IMG/VR virus record: IMGVR_UViG_3300015263_000944
Coordinates: 171,395-235,394 of that record
DNA: 64,000 nt
DNA from: a virus
Reading direction: 5' to 3' (one strand)
Made by a program: the position numbers and the translations under genes. Below, in pieces: positions 20,672 through 29,391 of the stretch. How positions within the stretch are numbered: the stretch's first letter is position 1; every line of letters begins with the position of its first letter. The notes beneath the pieces are model-generated. The model saw only the letters and a program-made list of their open reading frames with translations. It was not told the DNA's origin and did not search any database.

Positions 20672-21187
20672 TCACCACACAAATACTTCTTTCCCAAAGT
20701 CAGAAATCAGGATTGATTTCTGGTGGTCGATTTCGTGTTGAAAGACGACGCCCTGTTGAATAAGTGACAGGGCGTCGTCGATCTCAACTATTTTCAAACC
20801 ATTTTTCTCTTCAAGCATATAACCAAACAAATGAACTTTGCAAAAGCGTTTCACTTCGAAGAGTCGCAATTGACCCTCTGGGGACCGAATTGACAGACAC
20901 CCCTCGACAGAGACGACCTGTTCTTCGTTTTCTGTAAGTGGACTGTAATCGCAGTTGATAAAGTAACCGTACTTGTCTTTAGGAACAAGAGGACATTTGC
21001 CGTCACCTCTCACAAGGAACAGTTTCCACGGTATCCCGACTTGGACGGCACTGATACCAATACCACGCTCCTTGTCGCAGACCTCTTGCATTTCTTGACA
21101 GACCTTGTAGACCTTGATCAAGTCGTCCAAAGGGACATCTACGATGTCGTCAAGTTTGGGGATTTGCCCCGTTTCCACAATCATCAT
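20672..21187 (-). CDS. def: Peptide deformylase
   Basis: Three PDF motifs: GIGISAVQVG, EGCLS, QHEIDH. Confidence 0.85.
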   Translation of the reverse strand: MMIVETGQIPKLDDIVDVPLDDLIKVYKVCQEMQEVCDKERGIGISAVQVGIPWKLFLVRGDGKCPLVPKDKYGYFINCDYSPLTENEEQVVSVEGCLSIRSPEGQLRLFEVKRFCKVHLFGYMLEEKNGLKIVEIDDALSLIQQGVVFQHEIDHQKSILISDFGKEVFVW

Positions 21188-21519
21188 ACGTCATTTGCCT
21201 TTGATTCATCACTTGCCGCTGGAGGAGTCGCCGTCAGCTTCTTATACAGGTTAGTTACCTGAACCGACAGCCATTTCTTCAGTTGCTCTGGGTCCGATCT
21301 CAGATGCACAGGGATCTTTAAGACCACAGCCTTGACTTCTTCATCAACTGGCGTGCCGATGACGATTGGATCATCATCAGGGTCCAGCTTGACAGCCTGT
21401 TCAATCAGATTGCCAACATACGAAGAAGCAGACAGCCCCTTTCGCTTGGAGAATTTCTTAAGCTCCTCATGTAGCTCTGGCCGGATGGCGATGCTCATGA
21501 CTTTCTTGTTTTTGCTCAT
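21184..21519 (-). CDS. Ribbon-helix-helix (CopG/Arc-like) DNA-binding protein
   Basis: MSIAIRPELHEELKKFSKRKGLSASSYVGNLIEQAV typical RHH beta-strand plus helices; start chosen at MSKNKK to avoid overlap with S21. Confidence 0.5.
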   Translation of the reverse strand: MSKNKKVMSIAIRPELHEELKKFSKRKGLSASSYVGNLIEQAVKLDPDDDPIVIGTPVDEEVKAVVLKIPVHLRSDPEQLKKWLSVQVTNLYKKLTATPPAASDESKANDV

Positions 21520-21526
21520 AACTACC

Positions 21527-21850
21527 TCACCTGTTTTTGTCTCTCCGCTTTTTCTTGCCCTTGCCTTGATTTGCCATGGCTTTCTTGATGAGTCCGGTCG
21601 GAGCCTTGACACGTTCGCCACGTTGAAGCTTTTCTTCCAGCAATTCCATCTGGAGCTTCTTCACTGCGGCCTTCCGCTTCTTACGCTGCTTCTCAGACTT
21701 GCTTTCGTAGAACTGGTGTTCCTTGAAATCGTGCATGATGCCAGCGTTGCTCACTCTCCGCTTGAACTCAGTGAACATTTCCTTGAAGTTCTTGTGGGGA
21801 TCGTTGTACTTCTTCTTGAGTTCAACTCTTACTCGTGTGGCATTAGCCAT
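21527..21850 (-). CDS. rpsU: Ribosomal protein S21 homolog with K/R-rich C-terminal extension
   Basis: MANATRVRVELKK...NFKEMFTEFKRRVSNAGIMHDFKEHQFYESKSEKQRKKRKAAVKK matches the S21 pattern; GGAG RBS before ATG at 21850. Confidence 0.75.
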   Translation of the reverse strand: MANATRVRVELKKKYNDPHKNFKEMFTEFKRRVSNAGIMHDFKEHQFYESKSEKQRKKRKAAVKKLQMELLEEKLQRGERVKAPTGLIKKAMANQGKGKKKRRDKNR

Positions 21851-21911
21851 GGTCAGTCTCCTTACTTGTGATGCCTCATCATAGCGATTGGGCGAAGCCC
21901 ATAGTAGATCG

Positions 21912-23042
21912 CTATTTGCTCTTAGACGAGTTGATGAAAGTGACGCCCAAGCGTCGAGCCTTCCGTTGCCGAACCGTATCATATGATACCGTCTCATATG
22001 ACTCGTTCGTCGATCCCCATTCCTGACCTGCAAGCGTTGGAGCGAACTCTTTCAACCTGACGATGATCCCGTCAATGATGCTGTTCTTCCAATCGCTCGG
22101 CTCGCCAGCCATGAGCATCGTCGAGAACGACCACAGGTATTGCTTCGGGCTTAGGCAACACAAGTCGTCAATCTCATACCCTTTGTGCTCCATGTATCTC
22201 TGTCGCTCGTCAACGACCAAGAATGGAGTCCTAGCCGCAATGGCTAAGTTGGATATCCCGGAATGCACATCCAGTACCAGCCCGACATACCGCATCGCCG
22301 CCAAAACGTCTGTGACGTTGCGTGGCACCAAGTAGATGCAACGCTGGGCGAATTCTGTGGACATGTCATATGTGAACCAGTTCTGATATACCACCGGAAC
22401 AAAGTCTGCCGCCAACAACTCCTCAATCAACGTCTCCCAAAACAGCTTGGGAACCGTAAGGTTCGTTGCCTTGCCTTTCTGCCACGACCACATCCTTGTG
22501 GTAGGGTAGATGAAGACTTTGCGTCCACTCTTCCTCGACATCTCAGTCAAGAAGTTCTGTGAAAGCTTGTTGGCAGACGGTATCTCGGGCAAGTATCTTC
22601 TAATGTCCGGGAATGTTTCAAAGTATTTCGCAGTAAGCCCAAAGTCGTACAGTTCTTTAAGGTCACGCATCGTGACAATTCTTACAGACTCCATGAGCCT
22701 GTGAGTCAGTTCTGTAGCCAAAGCACTCGTATTGTAAAAGTTATTAGCTTCTGATGCAAGTGTTTTTGCCACAGATTCGTCGTCTAAACACCAATACTCG
22801 TCCACATATGGGAAGAGCCCCTGAAGGCCCGGCCAAGAGCAAAGTATCAGATACTTGCCTGTAAGCTCCTTATATGGCCTCAGAAGTAGGGAGGAGAGGA
22901 CGAAAGCCGATCTGAGATCTCCATAGAAGGGCATTGCGACGACGTTCGACGGGACCGAAGGCATGTTCTTTTCCTTATAGAACTCCCTTCGATAGCCGGT
23001 GCGTTCCGCTACCCTCTGAATGAAATCACTTGTTTGGCTCAT
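21912..23042 (-). CDS. GT-B glycosyltransferase, GT9 (heptosyltransferase)-like paralog 1
   Basis: C-terminal VGLVLDVHSGISNLAIAARTPFLVV resembles the heptosyltransferase GNDSGPMHLAAALGTP motif. Confidence 0.5.
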   Translation of the reverse strand: MSQTSDFIQRVAERTGYRREFYKEKNMPSVPSNVVAMPFYGDLRSAFVLSSLLLRPYKELTGKYLILCSWPGLQGLFPYVDEYWCLDDESVAKTLASEANNFYNTSALATELTHRLMESVRIVTMRDLKELYDFGLTAKYFETFPDIRRYLPEIPSANKLSQNFLTEMSRKSGRKVFIYPTTRMWSWQKGKATNLTVPKLFWETLIEELLAADFVPVVYQNWFTYDMSTEFAQRCIYLVPRNVTDVLAAMRYVGLVLDVHSGISNLAIAARTPFLVVDERQRYMEHKGYEIDDLCCLSPKQYLWSFSTMLMAGEPSDWKNSIIDGIIVRLKEFAPTLAGQEWGSTNESYETVSYDTVRQRKARRLGVTFINSSKSK

Positions 23043-23181
23043 TTACACCTCTTGGTCGGACTTGGGATCGTGCCTCGATTGAGCCCTTGTGGAGCGAACC
23101 AAACCAGACCCTTATCCGCAATCTCCTTCAAGATCTTCTTTCTCTGCTCTTTCGTTCTTCGTTTTTCTAACCAATGATTCT

Positions 23182-24369
23182 TCATGTCAACATCTCATAA
23201 TGTTCAGATTGCAATTGCTTCGTGAACTCCTCATCTTTGACCATACCGACAATCTCGCCATAGTTGCCAGCCTGCATTTCTTCTACAGCCTGCCGAACGA
23301 GATTGAGAGCGGTGTCATTGTCGTTTAAGACGCTACGGTAATGGGCGAGGACGACCTTCTTAGGACCGAAGGTAGCGAGTTCCAACCGTTTGCCCTCTTG
23401 GGCTCCCATGATTCCAGAGTAGGAAACATAAATTTGCTCGGGGCTCTCAAACAACAGGAAGGGAACCCCCATCATGCCTGCTAACCTAGTAGAAGCGGTC
23501 CAGAATTGGACGGTGAATTCAAGGTTGCAGATGATCGCCAAGGTTTTCTCAAGGTCTCTCGACTCTGGCATCTGAGAAAAGTCCAATACATCCTCCACAG
23601 GACATGGCAGGACGTTCTGTTTTTCTCCCAACCAGACAATGTTGTACCCCATTTCTTTAAGAATACCGATGAGTCTTACATAGAACTCTGGCTGAAGATT
23701 TCTGCCGTAGGTTTTGCGGCCTCGGGCAAAGATGCCCACGCTTTTCGGCCTCATCAACCCCTTCGCCCATTCCAATTTTTGGACTGACGGCCTTGGAATC
23801 GCCCTTGCCATCTTACGATTGTGTTCGATATCAGTGAAGATTGACCTGACCAGCATCGTGCTGTGACAATGAGGACAATCTTCATACGCTCTTCGCCATT
23901 CATGCCAGAACTTGCCACAGGTTCGGCAGAAATTGCAGACGGCGTATTTGCCCAGTGCCGCTGAGGGAATTACGTCCCCGTACTTCGTGGCCGCTCGCTC
24001 CAGTCGTTCCAAATTGTTCGAGATGTGGTGGAAAGCCCGAGCATGATCTCGGAGCCACATATACTCCTCCTTCATTTCCCAGAACTCATCAACCAGATGG
24101 CGGTAGATGTACTCTCGGCCATGCCAGCCCATTACGATAACGTAAGCTCCCGGAAACCGTCTCAACAGACGGGGGATACAATACATCGCCCCTAGCGTCT
24201 CACAACCGAATTCTGAGAAGCACGCAATGATCTTGATGCGATCCTTCTTCTTCGGTCTGGGACGATGGTTAAGCTTGTGGACAGTGAAAGAAATCTCATC
24301 GAGCGTCTGCTCTGAGATCTTGGATACAAAGGCATCCTTGTCCTTCGTCTTGAAGTAGGCCAACGCCAT
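23182..24369 (-). CDS. GT9 (heptosyltransferase)-like paralog 2 with inserted CxxC...CxxC zinc ribbon
   Basis: FWTASTRLAGMMGVPFLLFES motif; CNFCRTCG...CPHCHS insertion. Confidence 0.5.
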   Translation of the reverse strand: MALAYFKTKDKDAFVSKISEQTLDEISFTVHKLNHRPRPKKKDRIKIIACFSEFGCETLGAMYCIPRLLRRFPGAYVIVMGWHGREYIYRHLVDEFWEMKEEYMWLRDHARAFHHISNNLERLERAATKYGDVIPSAALGKYAVCNFCRTCGKFWHEWRRAYEDCPHCHSTMLVRSIFTDIEHNRKMARAIPRPSVQKLEWAKGLMRPKSVGIFARGRKTYGRNLQPEFYVRLIGILKEMGYNIVWLGEKQNVLPCPVEDVLDFSQMPESRDLEKTLAIICNLEFTVQFWTASTRLAGMMGVPFLLFESPEQIYVSYSGIMGAQEGKRLELATFGPKKVVLAHYRSVLNDNDTALNLVRQAVEEMQAGNYGEIVGMVKDEEFTKQLQSEHYEMLT

Positions 24370-24617
24370 TTACTTGTTCCCCTTGAGTCGTTTCATCTGC
24401 GAAGGCATACCACACTTCGGACACTTAAATCTTCGCCACTTGCCACAATTTGTACATCCGGGATCAATCTCATTGAGATCGGCGATGTCAGCACTCAGCC
24501 CAGACGAAATCCGAGCCCAACGGCAACGAGGGCAGCGAATGAAGAAGTTCTTGGGTGCCCCGGTGTTGTCCGCTTCCGGCTCATATTCATCTTTGGGGTC
24601 TGCGATGTTTTCTGTCA
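24370..24617 (-). CDS. Small zinc-ribbon protein
   Basis: CPRC...CTNC...CPKC; start at MTENIADP. Confidence 0.45.
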
Positions 24618-24661
24618 TATTGCCTCCGAAATAATATAGTGTGCCGTTAATAAGAAATTCC

Positions 24662-24699
24662 AAAAGAAAAAGCCCGGTAGTGGAATTCCACTACCGGGC
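24662..24699 (-). terminator. Rho-independent terminator (12-bp perfect palindromic stem GCCCGGTAGTGG/CCACTACCGGGC, AATT loop)
   Basis: A-run on plus (T-run on minus) next to stem; lies just downstream of the 691-aa gene ending at 24734. Confidence 0.5.
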
Positions 24700-24733
24700 C
24701 ATTCAATCAGGAGTAATGTCAGATCGTGAGACG

Positions 24734-26809
24734 CTACTCTGAAATCACCTCCTTCGGCGTCTTCTTCTGATCTGACCATGAGACGGCGAGCGTCGAGAGA
24801 GTCTCTTGGAGAGACTTCAGCAACGCATCCCGCTCTTTCGTCAGGTTCGGAATGGTCTCCTTCTGGAGCTTCCGAGCCTCTGCCTTGGCGGCGTCAATCT
24901 CGGCGACCCAGCTTGTGAGCTTGTCACCCGACGCCACACTCTCAGCGGCCCGCAGGTCTTCTCGAACGCCTTCACGCTCTTGATTGACTTCGGCAACCCG
25001 CTGTTGTGCTTCCTGAATCTGGCGATTCTTGTCGTCAATCTGCGACTGGATTTCAACACATTGCTTGACAGTCTTGTCGTTGGCAATTGACTTGCCAGAC
25101 TCGATGACATTCTGTTGAACCCATCGGAAGTGATTGACGATGTTCACCTCTCGGCGATCCAGACGAGTCTCTGTCACTTTCAGAGTGGCAGACTGGTTGG
25201 CACCCACGGTGAAATAGGCACGCCATCCGTTCGACTGGGAGAGCTTCTCTTGTTCTTGAAGCTCGACGCCTTCGAAGTCCACCATGACATTCTCTCCACC
25301 GAGAATGCTCAGGTGTTCCAGAGCCAACTTGAACGGCTCGTTCTTCTTGTTGGTCAGGGTGTATTCGGTCACGCCTGTAGAGACGATCTCAGTCAACCCA
25401 ACACCATCAGAAATCCGAACCGCAGTGAGGCGTGATTCGGTGGGAAGAGTCTTCTTCGACACCTTCATGCCATTTTCCAAGCAGTGCGGCAACATCCGAT
25501 TGTCGCCCGGCTTGGTTGACTCCAGCACGCATTCGCCACTGAAGATACCTTCGTTGTAGATGACCGTCTTTCCCTTGCCCAAACTGTAATCGGTCTCGTT
25601 CTTGAACTTGACGGCACGGTACGGTCTCGTAGCATGGTTCTCTTCTTTGTAGAGAAGAACCACGCCTGCGTGCTGCAATGGCACAGAGAACATCGGCACC
25701 ACCGCACTCTTGCGAGCGAGAATGGTGATTCGTTCCTTGCTGGTGAAGATGCAGAAGTCGCCGACTTCCTTGGAATCCACACCGGGCGATTGGGCCGCTG
25801 TCCCTGCATAACCGAGATCCTCGGCATCACAAGTCTCCAGCCCGAAGCTGGCATAATTAGAGACACTGGCCTTCACACCCAGACCACGAGCGGCAGCCAT
25901 CCGCATCTTGGCTTCGGGTGGAGCCGCCATCGCTTCGAAGCCACAGGCTACGGCTCCACCGCCATAAGCCTCCTCGACATCCACATTGCCCAGCGTGGTC
26001 TGTTCAACCAGATGGACGAAACGTCGCTTCGGAACAACCACGTTTGCAATGTCGGTGCTGAAGCTGATGGGATTTCCGGTAACAACGCTCACACGGAAGT
26101 TGTCCCAATCCTCATCAGTGTTATTGTCGATGATTGCGGCCCCTTCGAGAGTGAAGTTGCCTTTGTCTTCTCGGATCGCATACCGCATTTTCCATGCGGC
26201 CACGGGAATCGTGTACTGCACCGAGAACTCTTCTGCCCCTTCCAACGACTCCAGCGTCAAATCCAACAGCGTGCTGTCGGGTTTGATCTTCTGGAAATTG
26301 GTCTTGAGGGCCTTTTCGATTTCCGTGCGAACAGCTTCGTCCTTGAACTCGATGTTCTGCACGTTGTTGAGTGGATACCGATAGACGGAGCCGTCCTTCA
26401 TGACGACGACGTAATCGGTATAGACTTCGTTCCCGTCGCACACCTTCGTCTCGGAGTCAAGACCGAGCAACTGATACTCATTCGAGCCGCTGCCCAGAGT
26501 GAGTTGCACTGTTGACCCCGACAGTTGACGGAGGAGGGACTTCATCGCCTCGTCTTGCTCAATCGCAAGAGATGTGGCATTCGAGTTGGCGGGAGTGAAT
26601 GACGGCGGGGCCGTGAGCTTCACCTTGCCGAAGACTTGGAGAGATGCGGCGACATCGCCGATGCTGTCAGTCTTGAATGGAATTGAGATGGCTGCTTCGC
26701 CATCCTTCGGCGCATTGTAGACACGCCGGAAATGACCTATGCCGTTCGAAAAGAGTGTAACGTCATTGGTCTTAGAAGTTGGTGCTTGCATTTCGTCCTT
26801 CCTTGACAA
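24734..26809 (-). CDS. Large hypothetical protein (691 aa) with C-terminal coiled coil
   Basis: ORF track; long uninterrupted ORF; heptad-like C-terminal 150 aa. Confidence 0.6.
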   Translation of the reverse strand: MSRKDEMQAPTSKTNDVTLFSNGIGHFRRVYNAPKDGEAAISIPFKTDSIGDVAASLQVFGKVKLTAPPSFTPANSNATSLAIEQDEAMKSLLRQLSGSTVQLTLGSGSNEYQLLGLDSETKVCDGNEVYTDYVVVMKDGSVYRYPLNNVQNIEFKDEAVRTEIEKALKTNFQKIKPDSTLLDLTLESLEGAEEFSVQYTIPVAAWKMRYAIREDKGNFTLEGAAIIDNNTDEDWDNFRVSVVTGNPISFSTDIANVVVPKRRFVHLVEQTTLGNVDVEEAYGGGAVACGFEAMAAPPEAKMRMAAARGLGVKASVSNYASFGLETCDAEDLGYAGTAAQSPGVDSKEVGDFCIFTSKERITILARKSAVVPMFSVPLQHAGVVLLYKEENHATRPYRAVKFKNETDYSLGKGKTVIYNEGIFSGECVLESTKPGDNRMLPHCLENGMKVSKKTLPTESRLTAVRISDGVGLTEIVSTGVTEYTLTNKKNEPFKLALEHLSILGGENVMVDFEGVELQEQEKLSQSNGWRAYFTVGANQSATLKVTETRLDRREVNIVNHFRWVQQNVIESGKSIANDKTVKQCVEIQSQIDDKNRQIQEAQQRVAEVNQEREGVREDLRAAESVASGDKLTSWVAEIDAAKAEARKLQKETIPNLTKERDALLKSLQETLSTLAVSWSDQKKTPKEVISE

Positions 26810-26821
26810 GTTGCGGAGCAG

Positions 26822-27967
26822 TTATTTGTTGATGATTCGGTTGATCCTTTTGGCCTCACGTTTCTTGATTGACTCCCAAGCTTCTTGGGCGTCCTTCTCG
26901 TCCTCTTCATCATCAATGCTGAATCCGGCCAGCGACAACTGGTAAGCTCCCTTACCTTGTTTCCCGCCGCCAGACCCATGTTTGCCACCAAGTTTCTTAC
27001 AGAAATCGGAGACTGATAGAGAGGCGTTGAGGCTTCTTACGGAACCTTCGATTCGATCACCGCCAACCACTCCAAAGGCTACAGCGGTTTCTACAGAAGC
27101 CCAAGAGACCATCTCCTCGGCCATATCTGCGATCAGATCCCTTTCTTTCTCAGGGATGAGGCCCAATCCTACCACAGCATACCCCTCTGAGTCAATCTCA
27201 GCTTCAGAGATAGCTTCTGCCTTTCTGTCTACCCAGAACTTGCGTCTCTTAAAGAAGACAATCTGGTTAAGATAGTTGGAGTTGCGGAACTCGAAGAGTT
27301 CGTTGAACGCTTGCCGTTCAAGCTCGGTGCAATCGTCGGCCAGCATGAAGTGCGTGTCCGTCATGATCCCGGCGATGAGGGCGGTGGCGAGCTTTGCGTC
27401 TGCATCTACGCCATCGTCAAACCATTTATCGGACGGAACCAACTCCTTCATCATCTCGAAGATGATGGCGGCACAACTGCCCGCTTTTCGATGGATCAGA
27501 ATGCCATCGTAGTGTGTGGGTAGATCACGGTGATGATCGATCACGACATCAAAACGACCCCGGAGATCGCCTCGTTCGCCCACGCCCGCATAAGACGGAA
27601 CCGTATCGACAAGAATGTGGAGACAGTGTTTGTCTGGCTCATAGTCCTCGATCTTAGTCAGATCGGGGCTGAGCAAATTCACCATCGACCCATTCTGGGG
27701 ATGTGAGACCTCCCCGTCATAAAACATGTGAGATTCGACCCCAAAGGCTTTGTCGAGCAGCCATGCCATTCCCATCATAGAAGAGATGGCATCGGGATCA
27801 GGACATCTGTGCGTGAAGATTGCCGCAGGACATCCTTGCTCTCGGCGTTGCTCTACCAGTTTCTTAAAGTCATCGAAGCATCTCTTCGACTTTCCTCTGG
27901 ACGGTTTAGACTGGTCCTCTTCGTCCAAAGGCTCCTCGGTTTGAGGAGTGGTAGGTTCTTCGGCCAT
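26822..27967 (-). CDS. DHH-family phosphoesterase (NrnA-like)
   Basis: DVVIDHHRD (DHH motif), LGGKHGSGGGKQG (GGGH-like DHHA1 motif). Confidence 0.7.
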   Translation of the reverse strand: MAEEPTTPQTEEPLDEEDQSKPSRGKSKRCFDDFKKLVEQRREQGCPAAIFTHRCPDPDAISSMMGMAWLLDKAFGVESHMFYDGEVSHPQNGSMVNLLSPDLTKIEDYEPDKHCLHILVDTVPSYAGVGERGDLRGRFDVVIDHHRDLPTHYDGILIHRKAGSCAAIIFEMMKELVPSDKWFDDGVDADAKLATALIAGIMTDTHFMLADDCTELERQAFNELFEFRNSNYLNQIVFFKRRKFWVDRKAEAISEAEIDSEGYAVVGLGLIPEKERDLIADMAEEMVSWASVETAVAFGVVGGDRIEGSVRSLNASLSVSDFCKKLGGKHGSGGGKQGKGAYQLSLAGFSIDDEEDEKDAQEAWESIKKREAKRINRIINK

Positions 27968-27970
27968 GAT

Positions 27971-28417
27971 TTACCTATCCAACAGGAGTTCCTTTGATCT
28001 AAGTAAGCTCGTCATGCTCACACGTTTTCCTTCGTGGGTCAATTCAAGCTCGACGATCCAGTAGTCTCCTACCTTTCTGAGTAATGTGACAGTTGGCGGG
28101 GGCGGGGTTGCCGCATTGAGCCATTCGATAACCAAAGGAATTGCTTCTTCCTTCGTGGCTACTGGGAGATGAGCCGCAATCCACTTGTCACCTTCAAGAT
28201 ACAAACCAAATTTGTAACCATCAACAACTTTGCAGGCCAAAACATCCAGCGTAACTCCCGGTTCCAATTCAATGTTCTTGGGGCGACGTTGGAATTCGAC
28301 TGTGGCAATCGTTGACGGTCCTTCGGACTGTTGATTCTCGTGTAAATAATACACGACATAGAAAATCGGTGCAATGGCTACCGCCGCTAACACCAGTGCG
28401 ACTATCCAGCTTCTCAA
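27971..28417 (-). CDS. Membrane-anchored hypothetical protein
   Basis: N-terminal TM WIVALVLAAVAIAPIFYVVYYL. Confidence 0.4.
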   Translation of the reverse strand: MRSWIVALVLAAVAIAPIFYVVYYLHENQQSEGPSTIATVEFQRRPKNIELEPGVTLDVLACKVVDGYKFGLYLEGDKWIAAHLPVATKEEAIPLVIEWLNAATPPPPTVTLLRKVGDYWIVELELTHEGKRVSMTSLLRSKELLLDR

Positions 28418-28432
28418 TCCTACCTCCAGCGA

Positions 28433-28927
28433 TCAGTTTTCCTTGACCACCCAAGGCGACGGTTCGTGCTCGACGCCGAGACTACTGCTCACCTTCTCGA
28501 TCCTTTTTCTTATGGATTCAATTTCGGACATCAGCTTGCCTTCTTCGCCCTTGCGAGCCTTTTGTTCAAGCTTGTCCCCTGCTCCCATTTTTGCCATTTT
28601 GTTTTCGACCTTAAAGAGTTGATTCTTGAGTGATTCAATTTCTTTAAGCAGGTCTTCACTGACCCACACAGGAGGCGTAGTCTTGTGATCTGGACCGGCA
28701 CTGTCTGGATAGACAGGGTTTGGAGTCTTGTGCTCCTCTTGAAGAAGCTGATCCTCGGAGTCCATGAAATCCCAATACGCATCCTGAGCGTCGTCGCCTA
28801 AAACGGAAGCGGCGAACTCAGAAGGTTGAGGCGGTTCGGGTGCTGGGTGGACATTATCTTGTTGGGCTTGATCCCACATGTCCGCCCACATCTCGATCTC
28901 TGATCTATAATCATTGTACTCAGACAT
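28433..28927 (-). CDS. Acidic hypothetical protein
   Basis: ORF track. Confidence 0.4.
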   Translation of the reverse strand: MSEYNDYRSEIEMWADMWDQAQQDNVHPAPEPPQPSEFAASVLGDDAQDAYWDFMDSEDQLLQEEHKTPNPVYPDSAGPDHKTTPPVWVSEDLLKEIESLKNQLFKVENKMAKMGAGDKLEQKARKGEEGKLMSEIESIRKRIEKVSSSLGVEHEPSPWVVKEN

Positions 28928-28959
28928 AGTAATGTATGTAGCGTCTGAGAACTGAAATT

Positions 28960-29391
28960 TCAGATTTCAATGGTGGACTTGAAGGTGTTTGTTTCGGGAT
29001 CAAATTTGAGAGTTGTGATCAATTCCCAGTGCGGGTCGGCCTTCGGGACGTACTCTTTTTGTGTGTAGAACATGGCTTCTATGACGAATTCGTACTCTTT
29101 TGCCGCCACTTCGTCATCTGACATGCCCGCCAGAAGATCCTCGCACATCTCCCGACAAATCCGGTAGCAATCCGGCATCCGGGCGCAATGGATCTTGTTC
29201 ATAACCATCGAAGCCTGAAACGCCTTGTCAATCTTCAGCAGATTGATGATGTCTCGCTTCTCAGGGCCATCGCCGAAAATAGCGACGGCAGAGAACTTCG
29301 CCATCACCTGCCCAGCTTTCGGGCCGTGCTTGCGGGTGTCGAAGAAATAGTCGTGAAAATTGCTGTCGTCGATGATGACTTCTTCTGTCAC
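28960..29391 (-). CDS. Hypothetical protein
   Basis: ORF track. Confidence 0.4.
   Translation of the reverse strand: MTEEVIIDDSNFHDYFFDTRKHGPKAGQVMAKFSAVAIFGDGPEKRDIINLLKIDKAFQASMVMNKIHCARMPDCYRICREMCEDLLAGMSDDEVAAKEYEFVIEAMFYTQKEYVPKADPHWELITTLKFDPETNTFKSTIEI

Noticed and set aside
25634-26515. 293-aa plus-strand ORF
   Set aside because: Entirely inside and antisense to the 691-aa minus-strand gene.
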